Origin: Candidatus Caenarcanales bacterium
GTDB taxonomy: Bacteria; Cyanobacteriota; Vampirovibrionia; LMEP-6097
DNA length: 64,000 nt
Direction: 5' to 3'
Assembly (NCBI GenBank): GCA_013216135.1
Contig: JABSOS010000009.1
Coordinates: forward strand, 28,258-92,257
The translations under genes and the position numbers were made by a program. The notes beneath the pieces were generated by a model that saw only the letters and a program-made list of their open reading frames with translations, was not told the DNA's origin and made no database searches. Positions 8,152 through 17,298 of this stretch are shown here, piece by piece (position 1 is the stretch's first letter; each line of letters starts with the position of its first letter).

Positions 8152-9417
8152 ATGGATATAACTGTTTCAAGATCATCAAAAAATTTTAATTGGCTTTGGT
8201 TCCGTAATTTTATGAAAATTATTGAGGATCTAAATGATATAGATTCGATTATAGATAAGGTTGCTCAGACTTTAAAGGCGTATTTGCCTTTTGTGGAAGT
8301 TGAAGTTTATATTTTGGGGAACTTATCTAAAGATAAGTCAGATGGTTCTGAAGTGATGCAGGAGCTTATTGATAGTGATTTTTTTGATAGAAGGTTAATT
8401 GAAGATATTTTAATATCTAAAAGCCCGAGTAAAGTTAGTGCTTATCAAGTAACTTACCCTTTAGAGGTTAGGGGCAGAGTAATTGGTTTATTTTATTTGA
8501 AAGCTACAGATGAGATTACAGAAGATCAGCATTCATTAATCTGGGCTTTTGCTGATTTTCTTGCACTAAAAATAGATGAATTGCAGATGCCAAAGGATAT
8601 AAATCCTTTATCTAAAGCGAAAATTAAGCAAATTTCTGATTCTATTTTTAATAATCTCCGTAATTTTTTAGAGGCTTCTTTAGTGAAGTTAAAAGTTTTA
8701 GAACAGAAAAACCAAGAGTTAGTTGAGATTAATAAATTTAAGATAGATTTGATCAATAATGTTTCCCATGAATTGAGAACTCCGCTTGTTGGGATTTTAG
8801 GTTTTAGTAATATGCTTATTCGTCACCAGAATAGTCCGGAGATAGTAAGTGAAGCGGCTGAGCAGATCGTGGATGCTAGTAATAGATTATCAAGAATGAT
8901 TGATGATTTGATTCAGTTGAATAGAGCAAATAATATCGGTTGGCAGGTTAATTTTGAAAAGGTTGATTTAACAGAGTTGATTTTCTTTGCCCATAAGACT
9001 TTAACTCACTTTAGAGATAATCATGAGTTTAATTTTAAATTTGACGAAAAGCTGCCACGTATTAGGGCTGACAGGAAGCTGCTTTTGCAGATTATTGAAA
9101 ACTTAATGACAAACGCGATTAAATATTCACCAGATGGTGGGGAGATTAAAGTTTTTGCAAGAGCGATTGAAGCTGGTAAGCGTGTAGCTATCACTGTTTC
9201 AGATCATGGTATTGGTATGACTGAAGAAGATGTAGAGAAAGTCTTTGATAGATTCTATAGGGTTAAGAGCGCAAAGACTAATAAGATTCACGGTCTAGGA
9301 TTAGGTTTAGCTATATGTAAGGATTTAGCTGTAGCTTTAGACGCTGATATCGAGTGTGAAAGTAAACTTAGTGAGGGTTCTAGTTTTACTATAAAAATCC
9401 CAGTTTTTGTTGCTTAA
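8152..9417 (+). CDS. cytoplasmic sensor histidine kinase (GAF-like N-terminus, HisKA, HATPase_c)
   Basis: H-box NNVSHELRTPL, N-box LMTNAIKYSP, G1 DHGIGM and G2 GLGLGLAICK. There is no TM segment and no adjacent response regulator. Confidence 0.85.
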   Translation: MDITVSRSSKNFNWLWFRNFMKIIEDLNDIDSIIDKVAQTLKAYLPFVEVEVYILGNLSKDKSDGSEVMQELIDSDFFDRRLIEDILISKSPSKVSAYQVTYPLEVRGRVIGLFYLKATDEITEDQHSLIWAFADFLALKIDELQMPKDINPLSKAKIKQISDSIFNNLRNFLEASLVKLKVLEQKNQELVEINKFKIDLINNVSHELRTPLVGILGFSNMLIRHQNSPEIVSEAAEQIVDASNRLSRMIDDLIQLNRANNIGWQVNFEKVDLTELIFFAHKTLTHFRDNHEFNFKFDEKLPRIRADRKLLLQIIENLMTNAIKYSPDGGEIKVFARAIEAGKRVAITVSDHGIGMTEEDVEKVFDRFYRVKSAKTNKIHGLGLGLAICKDLAVALDADIECESKLSEGSSFTIKIPVFVA

Positions 9418-9503
9418 GCTTGTCACGAGATGTCCACTTGCTGCGTTATTTGAGCTTGGTTGAGTGATGCTATTGAACCTCTCTTAACAAGCTTATTTGT
9501 TTT

Positions 9504-10724
9504 TTAGTTACTTAAAGTAAGTGGAATGTTTATTGTTCCAGGAAGTAATTCCCCGAAAGTTCCTACTACTTGAGCTTCTAAATCTACAGTAAGTGTTTCA
9601 CCTTCACCGAAATCATCGATTAAGAATTCAAGGTTAGCGATTCTAACTGTTTTCTTGCCTTTAGCTTTTTTAGGACATACGTTAGTTGGTAATGTGATTT
9701 TGAAAGTTAGGCATTTAACGTCTTTCTCACCTACTTTACCGTCTTTAGTTTCAGCTAATTCAACTTCTAAAGCATCTAAAATTTTCTTTTTCTTAGCTTT
9801 GCGGATTGTTTTAATTCTTGCTCTTACATCAGCTGGTACTCTAGCTTTTCTAGGAGGTAAGCTAGGTAACTTAAATACGATGGTGTCGACTAGCTTGTTA
9901 ATTCCTTTGCCTTCAGCTTCTTCTATAGCTTCTTCTCTTTCCTCACCTTCTAAACCTTCAGCTGCTTCGTCTAGTTCTTGCTTCGCAAGCTTCTTCAGAT
10001 TCTTTAGGTTAAGTTTTACGCTAAACTGCTTAGCTAAAGCTTTAGCTTTTTCTGTTATATCTTCGCCTTCTTTAATACCAGCTACTACTAAGTCATAGAC
10101 TGCTTTGTCAATTTTATATGTGAAGTTAACTACTAGTGGAGTTTCTTTTTCTTCGTCTTTAACGTCTTGAATTAAAATCGTCTCGAAGTCAGTAGCTTCA
10201 GCTTCTTCTAATCCTTCAGCTAGACTTGGTCCACTTTCTTCTTCTGAAGAATCTCCAGAATTTTTATTCTTGCCTTTAGATTTACTTTTGCCTCCGACTT
10301 GGCTAGTTTTATCACAGACTGTTAAATCTAAACCTAATCCGACAAAACCTGGGTCAGGTCTAGTTGAACCATCAAAAGCTAACGTGGTATTTAATTCTAA
10401 TTCACTACCACTAAGTGGGTTTTGCAGTGCTTCTAAGCCTACTTCAGTTAAGACAATAGTGTCACTAACTGTTTTTCCAGAATCACAATTTAGTTTAATT
10501 TCAAAACCATTTTTCCCTAAAGAAGCAAAGCTTCCTAAGCTATCACTGATACCACCAAATTCTCTGAAAATAAAACGGTAAGAGCCTTTTAAGTTATTTT
10601 GAGGATCAAAGCATTTTACTTTTACTTTTACTTTAAATGTTTTCTTTAGTGCTTCGTCTTCATAAAGAGTACCTGTTTGATCAGCATAAACTTTCTTTTC
10701 TATTGAAGTATCTTTAGTACCCAC
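9504..10724 (-). CDS. hypothetical protein: two beta-rich Cys-containing domains flanking a highly charged linker
   Basis: 406-aa ORF with a GTG start (no in-frame ATG near the 5' end). The central part has SKSKGKNKNSGDSSEEE and EGLEGEEREEAIEEAEGKG tracts. No signal peptide. Confidence 0.55.
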   Translation of the reverse strand: MGTKDTSIEKKVYADQTGTLYEDEALKKTFKVKVKVKCFDPQNNLKGSYRFIFREFGGISDSLGSFASLGKNGFEIKLNCDSGKTVSDTIVLTEVGLEALQNPLSGSELELNTTLAFDGSTRPDPGFVGLGLDLTVCDKTSQVGGKSKSKGKNKNSGDSSEEESGPSLAEGLEEAEATDFETILIQDVKDEEKETPLVVNFTYKIDKAVYDLVVAGIKEGEDITEKAKALAKQFSVKLNLKNLKKLAKQELDEAAEGLEGEEREEAIEEAEGKGINKLVDTIVFKLPSLPPRKARVPADVRARIKTIRKAKKKKILDALEVELAETKDGKVGEKDVKCLTFKITLPTNVCPKKAKGKKTVRIANLEFLIDDFGEGETLTVDLEAQVVGTFGELLPGTINIPLTLSN

Positions 10725-10876
10725 ATATGTAATTTGTGCTTTAGCTTAATTATTTAGAAATAGACTAAAAATAAATATAAATATAAAACTTAAAATCCTG
10801 GACATACAGAAATTTTAACATTGATTTACATATAAAAATAAAGATAAGAAAGGATGATTAATATAGAAAAAAATTG

Positions 10877-11068
10877 TTATCCTTGTCCAATTGGTTTAGG
10901 AGTAACACCAGCAGATGCTATATATCTGCCAATTTCTTCACCATTTTTTCTAGAGGTTGCATATGTACCAGGAACACCATCGGGAAGTTGGCGTTGAATA
11001 GGTAAACCTTGAGATGGTCCTACATTGGCAACTGAAAAAGGTCTTGGTCCTATAAATCTTGCGCTCAT
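10877..11068 (-). CDS. small hypothetical protein (63 aa, Gly/Pro-rich)
   Basis: AGGA lies 8 nt upstream of the ATG. Local G+C is higher than the flanking spacers. The gene sits below an untranslated leader of about 230 nt. Confidence 0.45.
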   Translation of the reverse strand: MSARFIGPRPFSVANVGPSQGLPIQRQLPDGVPGTYATSRKNGEEIGRYIASAGVTPKPIGQG

Positions 11069-11302
11069 AACTTATATCCTACTAATAAAACTAGCAAATT
11101 TTAAGGTTTTTGACAAATCTGACTTATTTTTGTCATAAAATGCAGTTTTTTGCAGCAAAATGCTCCTTATTTCACTGCAACAGCTGCTGCTACGTTGATC
11201 CAATTCAATAACCTTGGTAAAAACCTTGATGACATAGTACCCACTAGGCTACCATTTACAGCGTTTCCCCATGAAATTGTGTTCATTCCCATAATTTTAA
11301 TC

Positions 11303-12019
11303 TTACAACAATATCTCAGGATGATAGTTTTTAAGTTCTTTATCCAAGTTTTTTGCTCCTGGAAGAAAACTTTCTAGTTTATCCCAGAATCTATTACTGT
11401 GATTTTTCTCAATAGTATGAGTTAGCTCATGCATAATGACGTAGTCAATTAACTTTCTAGGTAAACGCATGAGATGCAGAGATAGATTTATATTATTACA
11501 GTATGAGCAGCTACCCCATTGGCTTTTCATATCTTTTATAGTTAGTTTTATGAATTTTAAATTATGAGGCTTTGCTAATTCTTCGATTCTATGAGGTAAA
11601 TAGAGCTTTGCTTCTTTTCTTAAAACTTCAATGATAATTTTTTTAATTTCATTCTGACTTTTCTTTTTAGAGATTTCATTCGGGTTTATATAGATTTTGA
11701 TTTTCTGTTCACTAACTCTAGATTTGATTTCAGTGAGCTCTGTAGGAATAAGCTCTAAGTCTCTAAAAAAGGTTTCATATTTAGTCTCGAACTGAAATGC
11801 TTTCTCAGCTTGCTTCTTCTCAACTATATTTATATGCTTCCTAATCCACTCAGCATTTTCATCTAAGAATTGTTTGCAAGACTCTATAGACACTGAACTT
11901 GGTGCTGTGAGTATAAAACCTCTAGCTGAACTTGCGCTGAGTTTGAGTTTTTTAGCGCGCGGATGAGTTTTAAAGTCTATAAGTGCCATTTCCTCTGGAC
12001 TAAGCACCTGAAACTTCAC
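11303..12019 (-). CDS. YgjP-like (DUF45/M48-type) metal-dependent hydrolase
   Basis: HExxH in VIMHELTHTIEKNHS together with the family hallmark SQWGSCS. Confidence 0.75.
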   Translation of the reverse strand: MKFQVLSPEEMALIDFKTHPRAKKLKLSASSARGFILTAPSSVSIESCKQFLDENAEWIRKHINIVEKKQAEKAFQFETKYETFFRDLELIPTELTEIKSRVSEQKIKIYINPNEISKKKSQNEIKKIIIEVLRKEAKLYLPHRIEELAKPHNLKFIKLTIKDMKSQWGSCSYCNNINLSLHLMRLPRKLIDYVIMHELTHTIEKNHSNRFWDKLESFLPGAKNLDKELKNYHPEILL

Positions 12020-12614
12020 CTACTTTCGGCTCAGTACCAGCGATTAAGCGAGCTATATTCGTTCTATGTTTAATAGGAACTATATAAATAAAAGCTATGA
12101 TACCGAAGCTGATAACACTTAGAGGTTCATGAAAAAGGTATAACCATACTGGTACAAAAGGAATTGCAACTATAGAACCCATCGATGAATACTTACTAAG
12201 TTTCACTGTACTGATCCAGATTATGATAGTCATGATTGCGACTAGTGGGTTTAAAGCAAGTAAAACACCTAAGCCAGTAGCTGAAGACTTACCACCTTTA
12301 AAACCGATATAAACACTTTTACTGTGAGCAATGATAGGCAATAAGCTTAGAATTAAAAATATCCATGATTCCTTTGGGAGAAAGTTTGTGAGGTAATTTT
12401 CCACTATGAAAATAGGTAAGTAACCTTTTAAAATGTCTAAGACTAGAACAGCTATAGCTGGCTTTTTACCTAAAACTCTTAGAGCATTAGTAGCTCCAGT
12501 GCTTTTACTACCTTCCTTTAGTAAATCTTTACCAAGCAATAAACCAATCCAGTAACCAAATGGCATTGCAGCTAATAAATATACGGAGATGAAAATTATA
12601 ATCTTAGGAATCAT
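12000..12614 (-). CDS. plsY: glycerol-3-phosphate acyltransferase PlsY
   Basis: 204-aa polytopic membrane protein with the GSKSTGATNALRVLG motif (GSGNxGATN-type) and the HSKSVYIGFKGGKSSATGLG motif. Confidence 0.85.
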   Translation of the reverse strand: MIPKIIIFISVYLLAAMPFGYWIGLLLGKDLLKEGSKSTGATNALRVLGKKPAIAVLVLDILKGYLPIFIVENYLTNFLPKESWIFLILSLLPIIAHSKSVYIGFKGGKSSATGLGVLLALNPLVAIMTIIIWISTVKLSKYSSMGSIVAIPFVPVWLYLFHEPLSVISFGIIAFIYIVPIKHRTNIARLIAGTEPKVGEVSGA

Positions 12615-12623
12615 TGCTCATTA

Positions 12624-12986
12624 TTATAAGCTAGATGGAAACTCTCTTTCTATAGTTTTAGAAAGCATTTTATAAAAAACTTTAGCTTCTTTGTTTTCTG
12701 GATCTAAATCTAAAGCTTTGCGGAGGTTTTCTTTAGCGTTTAGGTAACGTAATTCTTTCTCTTCATCAAGGTTTGCAAGGATTTTCAAAGAGTAATCTAA
12801 GTGAACTTTTGAGTTTAATTCTTTGCTTTTAGAGCTATCGTATTGATTAAGAAGTTCTATAGCTTGTGAATGCTGTTTTTCACCTAAAAGTCTTTTTGCT
12901 TCTTTCATATCTTTTGATTCTTGGAAACAAGAAGATGTAATGATTGTTACAAAAAATATACAAAGGAGATTTAGTAAAAGCCTCAT
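12624..12986 (-). CDS. putative TPR-like lipoprotein
   Basis: Signal peptide with a lipobox-like IITSSC, followed by helical-repeat-like sequence (AIELLNQY…, NAKENLRKALDLDPENKEAKVF). Confidence 0.5.
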   Translation of the reverse strand: MRLLLNLLCIFFVTIITSSCFQESKDMKEAKRLLGEKQHSQAIELLNQYDSSKSKELNSKVHLDYSLKILANLDEEKELRYLNAKENLRKALDLDPENKEAKVFYKMLSKTIEREFPSSL

Positions 12987-13015
12987 ATAATTAAAGTCTA
13001 TAACAAGCTACAAAT

Positions 13016-14173
13016 TTAGTCTAATTTTGGGTCAAATATTGGTAATATTCCTGGTATACATGATCCATCTATTAAAGCTGAAGTTTGTTTTAAAACGGCT
13101 TTCTTATAATCAGTTCTAAGTTCATGTGGATCTTTATCGAAGGGTAAACAACCATCTATCGAAAATTTACCATTCCAAACTTTATTTTGAGGGTTAATTC
13201 CTTCACCTCCTAAACTTCTAGCTGCAGCTTGAGCTAATTTTTTATTTTGGCTGTTTTTCATTAGAACTATAGTTCCATCAGGTCTAAGAGCTGCTGCTCC
13301 TGTCGTTGATCTTCCTTTTTTATAACTGGTAACAGTCCACATTATAGTTCCATCATCAAATCTTTCTAAACCACTTCTTCTATCGGTTTTTGTATTATTT
13401 ACCGCTGCTGCTCCTGCAATACCGATATGGGCAATATTACGTAATCTACCATCGTCATCTATATATGATTCAGCCATTACCACAGCATTTCCTTCATGAA
13501 ATGGAATGAAAATAACATTTTTCGGAATACCTTCATCATTTTTTTTTACGATTTGCATAAAATTTGCGAAACCCATTAATGGGTCTGCAACTAAAAAAGC
13601 GTGCTCTTTTTCACCAAGTTCCTTAACCCAGACTTCAAAATCTCTTTTGTCTCTTTCTTTTTCTTCGATTCCTAGCATATGTCTAAAAGCCATTAGCTTT
13701 AAGTTGTAAAACTGACTGTGAAGTGTGATTAACTTCTTCTGAGTCATTACAGCTGTAACTTGATGATAACCATATTGTTTAAATAAGTATCTTTGGTAAA
13801 AGTCTTTTTGTATATCTGTTATGTCACGAGTAGGAGGAATTGGTATGTTGGGATCAAACTCTCCTTGAGTATTATGCTGAGGTAGCTCGCCTGCTCTAGG
13901 ATCATCATCTCCAGTTACAAGTTCAATAGCCCTTGCTTGACCAGGTTTAGTATAAACAATCATTTCCTGATCTTCTTCTCGGTCTATTCCTTTTCTAAAA
14001 TATTGTTTTTGGCTATAGTCACTTTTTGCACTGCAGTAATCTACGCTGTGGTTGATTTTAGCTGTATTTTTTGTATCTTTATACTCAGGTAAATATTCCA
14101 GATTAGGTAAGTCACTACCATCTGGTGGCTCGTAATTTGGATCTAATATACTACTAGGATTAGGCGTTTCCAT
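13016..14173 (-). CDS. hypothetical protein (385 aa)
   Basis: Long ORF in the valS-plsY co-directional block. No motif recognised. Confidence 0.55.
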   Translation of the reverse strand: METPNPSSILDPNYEPPDGSDLPNLEYLPEYKDTKNTAKINHSVDYCSAKSDYSQKQYFRKGIDREEDQEMIVYTKPGQARAIELVTGDDDPRAGELPQHNTQGEFDPNIPIPPTRDITDIQKDFYQRYLFKQYGYHQVTAVMTQKKLITLHSQFYNLKLMAFRHMLGIEEKERDKRDFEVWVKELGEKEHAFLVADPLMGFANFMQIVKKNDEGIPKNVIFIPFHEGNAVVMAESYIDDDGRLRNIAHIGIAGAAAVNNTKTDRRSGLERFDDGTIMWTVTSYKKGRSTTGAAALRPDGTIVLMKNSQNKKLAQAAARSLGGEGINPQNKVWNGKFSIDGCLPFDKDPHELRTDYKKAVLKQTSALIDGSCIPGILPIFDPKLD

Positions 14174-14270
14174 TATGAAATTAGTGCTGCCTATAATAAA
14201 TTTATCAGCTACCCTTAATTGTATTGTTGTATTGTTTGGTTATGTTTTGGTTAAGAATTCAGGAAAATCC

Positions 14271-17108
14271 TTAAGAATCACTAAGATTTTTTAATTCTTC
14301 AGCATAAAGAGTGATTTCTTCGTTAAGAAGTCTTAACTCTTCTTTAGCTTCCGTTACTTTTTCTGGTGGCGCTTTCTCTGTAAAATTCGGTGATTTTAAT
14401 CTACCTTCAAGTCCAGATTTCGCTTTTTCCACTTTCTCTATCTTTTTAGTTAGACTTTCTTTAAGCTTTTCTATATCTACTAAGCCCTTAAGTGGAATAT
14501 GAACCTTAGTTTTATCGATGATAAAGCTACTAATCGGTTTTTCTGGACTTTCAGAGCTGATTTTTATCGAATTGATTTTAGCAAGCCCTTTAATATAGTC
14601 TTCGACTAATCTTAGTTTAGATTTAGTCTCAGTGCTTTCATCTTCGATAATAATATTTAAATTTTCAGTCCAAGTGATATTAAGACTTTGTCTAGCGTTT
14701 CTGATTTTTGCGATAAAGTCTGTAGCAAAATTCATGATTTCATTTTCATTAGTTTCTTTAAAGCCTATCTCCTCAGCTTTAGGGTAAGCAGAGAAGGCTA
14801 TAGCTTGGTATTCCTGCTCGCCATAAGCATCTGTGAAAATACTACCTGCTTCTAGTTCTGAGAAGTCAACATAGTCAATTATCGTTTGCCAGATTTCTTC
14901 AGTAATGAAAGGAATAAATGGCTGTAAGCCTCTTAGGCAAGAATTTAAAATATAGAAGAGGATTTGATTTTTTTCTTCAGTGTTTTCTTGGATTTTACTA
15001 AGTTCTATATACCAGTCACAGAAATCATTCCAAGCAAAGCTATAGATTAAGTCTTGGGCTTTGCCGATATCGTAGTTAGCAAAAGCTGTTTCTACTTCTT
15101 CTAGAACAGTATTGATTTTATTTAAAATCCATTTGTCAGCTATTGTAAGTTTAGTTTCATCAAGGCTGCTAATAGCTTTAGCTTTAAATTTGTTATTCGT
15201 TTTAAAAGAAGGATCTTCTACTAAGTTCATGAATAAGAACTTAGAAGCGTTGTAGAGTTTATTGTTAAACCTCTTGTATTTCTCAAATACATCACTTTCC
15301 CAAATTTTCTTTTTAGGATCTTCTTTAGATTTGTTTGATTTACCTGGAAACTTAACGTCTTGAGTACCGTAGATACCGACTTGTGCGTACCACATACGAG
15401 AAGCATCAGCACCATACTTAGCTACTAAATCTAGTGGATCAATAGCGTTACCTTTAGACTTACTCATTCTCTTTCCATCCGGAGTTTGAACTACTGGGTG
15501 AATTAAAACTTTTTCAAATGCTTTCTCATTTCTGAAATAGTCACTGGAAAAGATCATTCTAGAAACCCAGAGGTTGATTATTTCTCTTGCTGTAGCAAGA
15601 ATGGTAGTTGGGTAGTACTTCTTCAGAACAGTCTTATCATCAGCCATAGCTGTATAAGGCCATAATGCACTACTGAACCAGGTATCTAGAACATCAGTCT
15701 CACCCTCTAGTGGGATTTGGTGTCCCCACCAGATTTGACGACTGATACACCAGTCTTGGATATTTTCAAGCCATGCTTTAAAGGTCTCAGTGTATCTTTC
15801 TGGAATAAAACTAGTTTTCTCGTTTTCTTGATAAGCATCTTTATAAGGATTATCTGCTTTAGGAGAAACTCTAGCAAGAGCACGGTTCGCTAGATCTTTC
15901 ATCGCTAAATACCATTGGTCGCTTAAAGCTGGTTCTATTTCAGTTCCACAACGGTCGTGAAGATTTTCAGTACTTTCGTATTCTTTTATTTCTTTTAACT
16001 GACCAAGTGTTTCTAGTTCTTCAACTACTTTTTTACGAGCTTCGTATCTTTCTAAACTTTGGAATTGAACTGGGATAAGTTCAGAGAGTTTATTTGAATT
16101 TTCACCTAAATAATCAGGGTTAAGTTCTGGGTCACAGTTTTCACTTAATAAACATGCGTATTTATCGAAAGTATTTTCTTCTTTTAAGTTATGTCTCTTA
16201 CCAATTTCATTATCATTGAAATCGTGTGCAGGGGTTACTTTTAAAGCTCCCGTTCCGAAGTCTAGCTTTACGTGTTCATCTAAAACTACAGGAATTTCTT
16301 TATTTGTGAATGGTATTTTAGCTTTAATCTTTTCAGGATTTGCTTTTAGTTCATTAATTAAAGCTGTGTACCTTTCATCATTAGGGTTAATAGCAACTGC
16401 AGTATCACCGAACATAGTTTCAGGTCTAGTGGTAGCTACAGTTAGAGCTTTTAAGCCTGCTATTTCTTCTGTTAATAGGTAATCTATCTCAAAAAGCTGT
16501 TTCTTTTTAGACTTTTCGTCTATTTCTAAGTCTGAGAGCGAAGTTTGACACTTAGGACACCAGTTACTTAAACGCTTTCCTTTATAGATAAGCCCATCTT
16601 GGTGGTACTTTTTGAAAGCATCAAGCACAGCTTCTTGATATTCACAGTCCATAGTGTAACGAGTTCTATCATAGTCAGGGCTAAAACCTAAACGTTTCAT
16701 CTGTTCAATTATGTTATTACCTGATATTTCTTTCCAAGCTTGAACTTTTTCTATAAACTTCTCTCTACCTAAATCTTCTTTTTTTAGGTGTTCTTCTTTT
16801 TTAATTTGTTTCTCAACTACGATTTGAGTTCCGATTCCAGCATGATCTGAACCGATTTGCCAGTGGACGTCTTTCCCGAGCATTCTATGATATCTAATTA
16901 GTACATCCTGAATAGTACCACTGAGGGCGTGTCCCATATGAAGATCACCAGTTACGTTAGGTGGAGGTAAAGCGACACTAAATGTTTCACGACCATTATT
17001 TAGGTCTTTATTAACTGAGAATAGATTTTTATCCATCCACTGTTTTAACCACTTCTCTTCAACTTCAGAAAATTCGTAACTTGCTTTAAATGGGATAGTC
17101 ATGCTCAT
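14271..17108 (-). CDS. valS: valine--tRNA ligase
   Basis: 945 aa. HIGH region PPPNVTGDLHMGHA, KMSKS (KRMSKSKGN), an editing-domain insert and a C-terminal coiled coil. Confidence 0.95.
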   Translation of the reverse strand: MSMTIPFKASYEFSEVEEKWLKQWMDKNLFSVNKDLNNGRETFSVALPPPNVTGDLHMGHALSGTIQDVLIRYHRMLGKDVHWQIGSDHAGIGTQIVVEKQIKKEEHLKKEDLGREKFIEKVQAWKEISGNNIIEQMKRLGFSPDYDRTRYTMDCEYQEAVLDAFKKYHQDGLIYKGKRLSNWCPKCQTSLSDLEIDEKSKKKQLFEIDYLLTEEIAGLKALTVATTRPETMFGDTAVAINPNDERYTALINELKANPEKIKAKIPFTNKEIPVVLDEHVKLDFGTGALKVTPAHDFNDNEIGKRHNLKEENTFDKYACLLSENCDPELNPDYLGENSNKLSELIPVQFQSLERYEARKKVVEELETLGQLKEIKEYESTENLHDRCGTEIEPALSDQWYLAMKDLANRALARVSPKADNPYKDAYQENEKTSFIPERYTETFKAWLENIQDWCISRQIWWGHQIPLEGETDVLDTWFSSALWPYTAMADDKTVLKKYYPTTILATAREIINLWVSRMIFSSDYFRNEKAFEKVLIHPVVQTPDGKRMSKSKGNAIDPLDLVAKYGADASRMWYAQVGIYGTQDVKFPGKSNKSKEDPKKKIWESDVFEKYKRFNNKLYNASKFLFMNLVEDPSFKTNNKFKAKAISSLDETKLTIADKWILNKINTVLEEVETAFANYDIGKAQDLIYSFAWNDFCDWYIELSKIQENTEEKNQILFYILNSCLRGLQPFIPFITEEIWQTIIDYVDFSELEAGSIFTDAYGEQEYQAIAFSAYPKAEEIGFKETNENEIMNFATDFIAKIRNARQSLNITWTENLNIIIEDESTETKSKLRLVEDYIKGLAKINSIKISSESPEKPISSFIIDKTKVHIPLKGLVDIEKLKESLTKKIEKVEKAKSGLEGRLKSPNFTEKAPPEKVTEAKEELRLLNEEITLYAEELKNLSDS

Positions 17109-17298
17109 CAGCTAATAATTATAATGAATATTCTATTTTTATGAAAAATTTTTAAATTTATTGTCAAAAATAGTTCTTTGTCAACTATATATAGTTATAA
17201 GCCATACTTGTCGGGAGAACGAGGCTTGAGTTTTTAATTGGTAATAACAGAAGTGAACTGTTTTTGCAAAAAGAATAATGCGTGAGGAGGGTAACTAT

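Noticed and set aside
11150-11377. 75-aa plus-strand ORF between the 63-aa gene and the YgjP-like gene.
   Set aside because: It has a TTG start and no RBS, overlaps the 3' end of the YgjP-like gene, and gives a hydrophobic junk-like translation. The region is better explained as the leader of the minus-strand small ORF.
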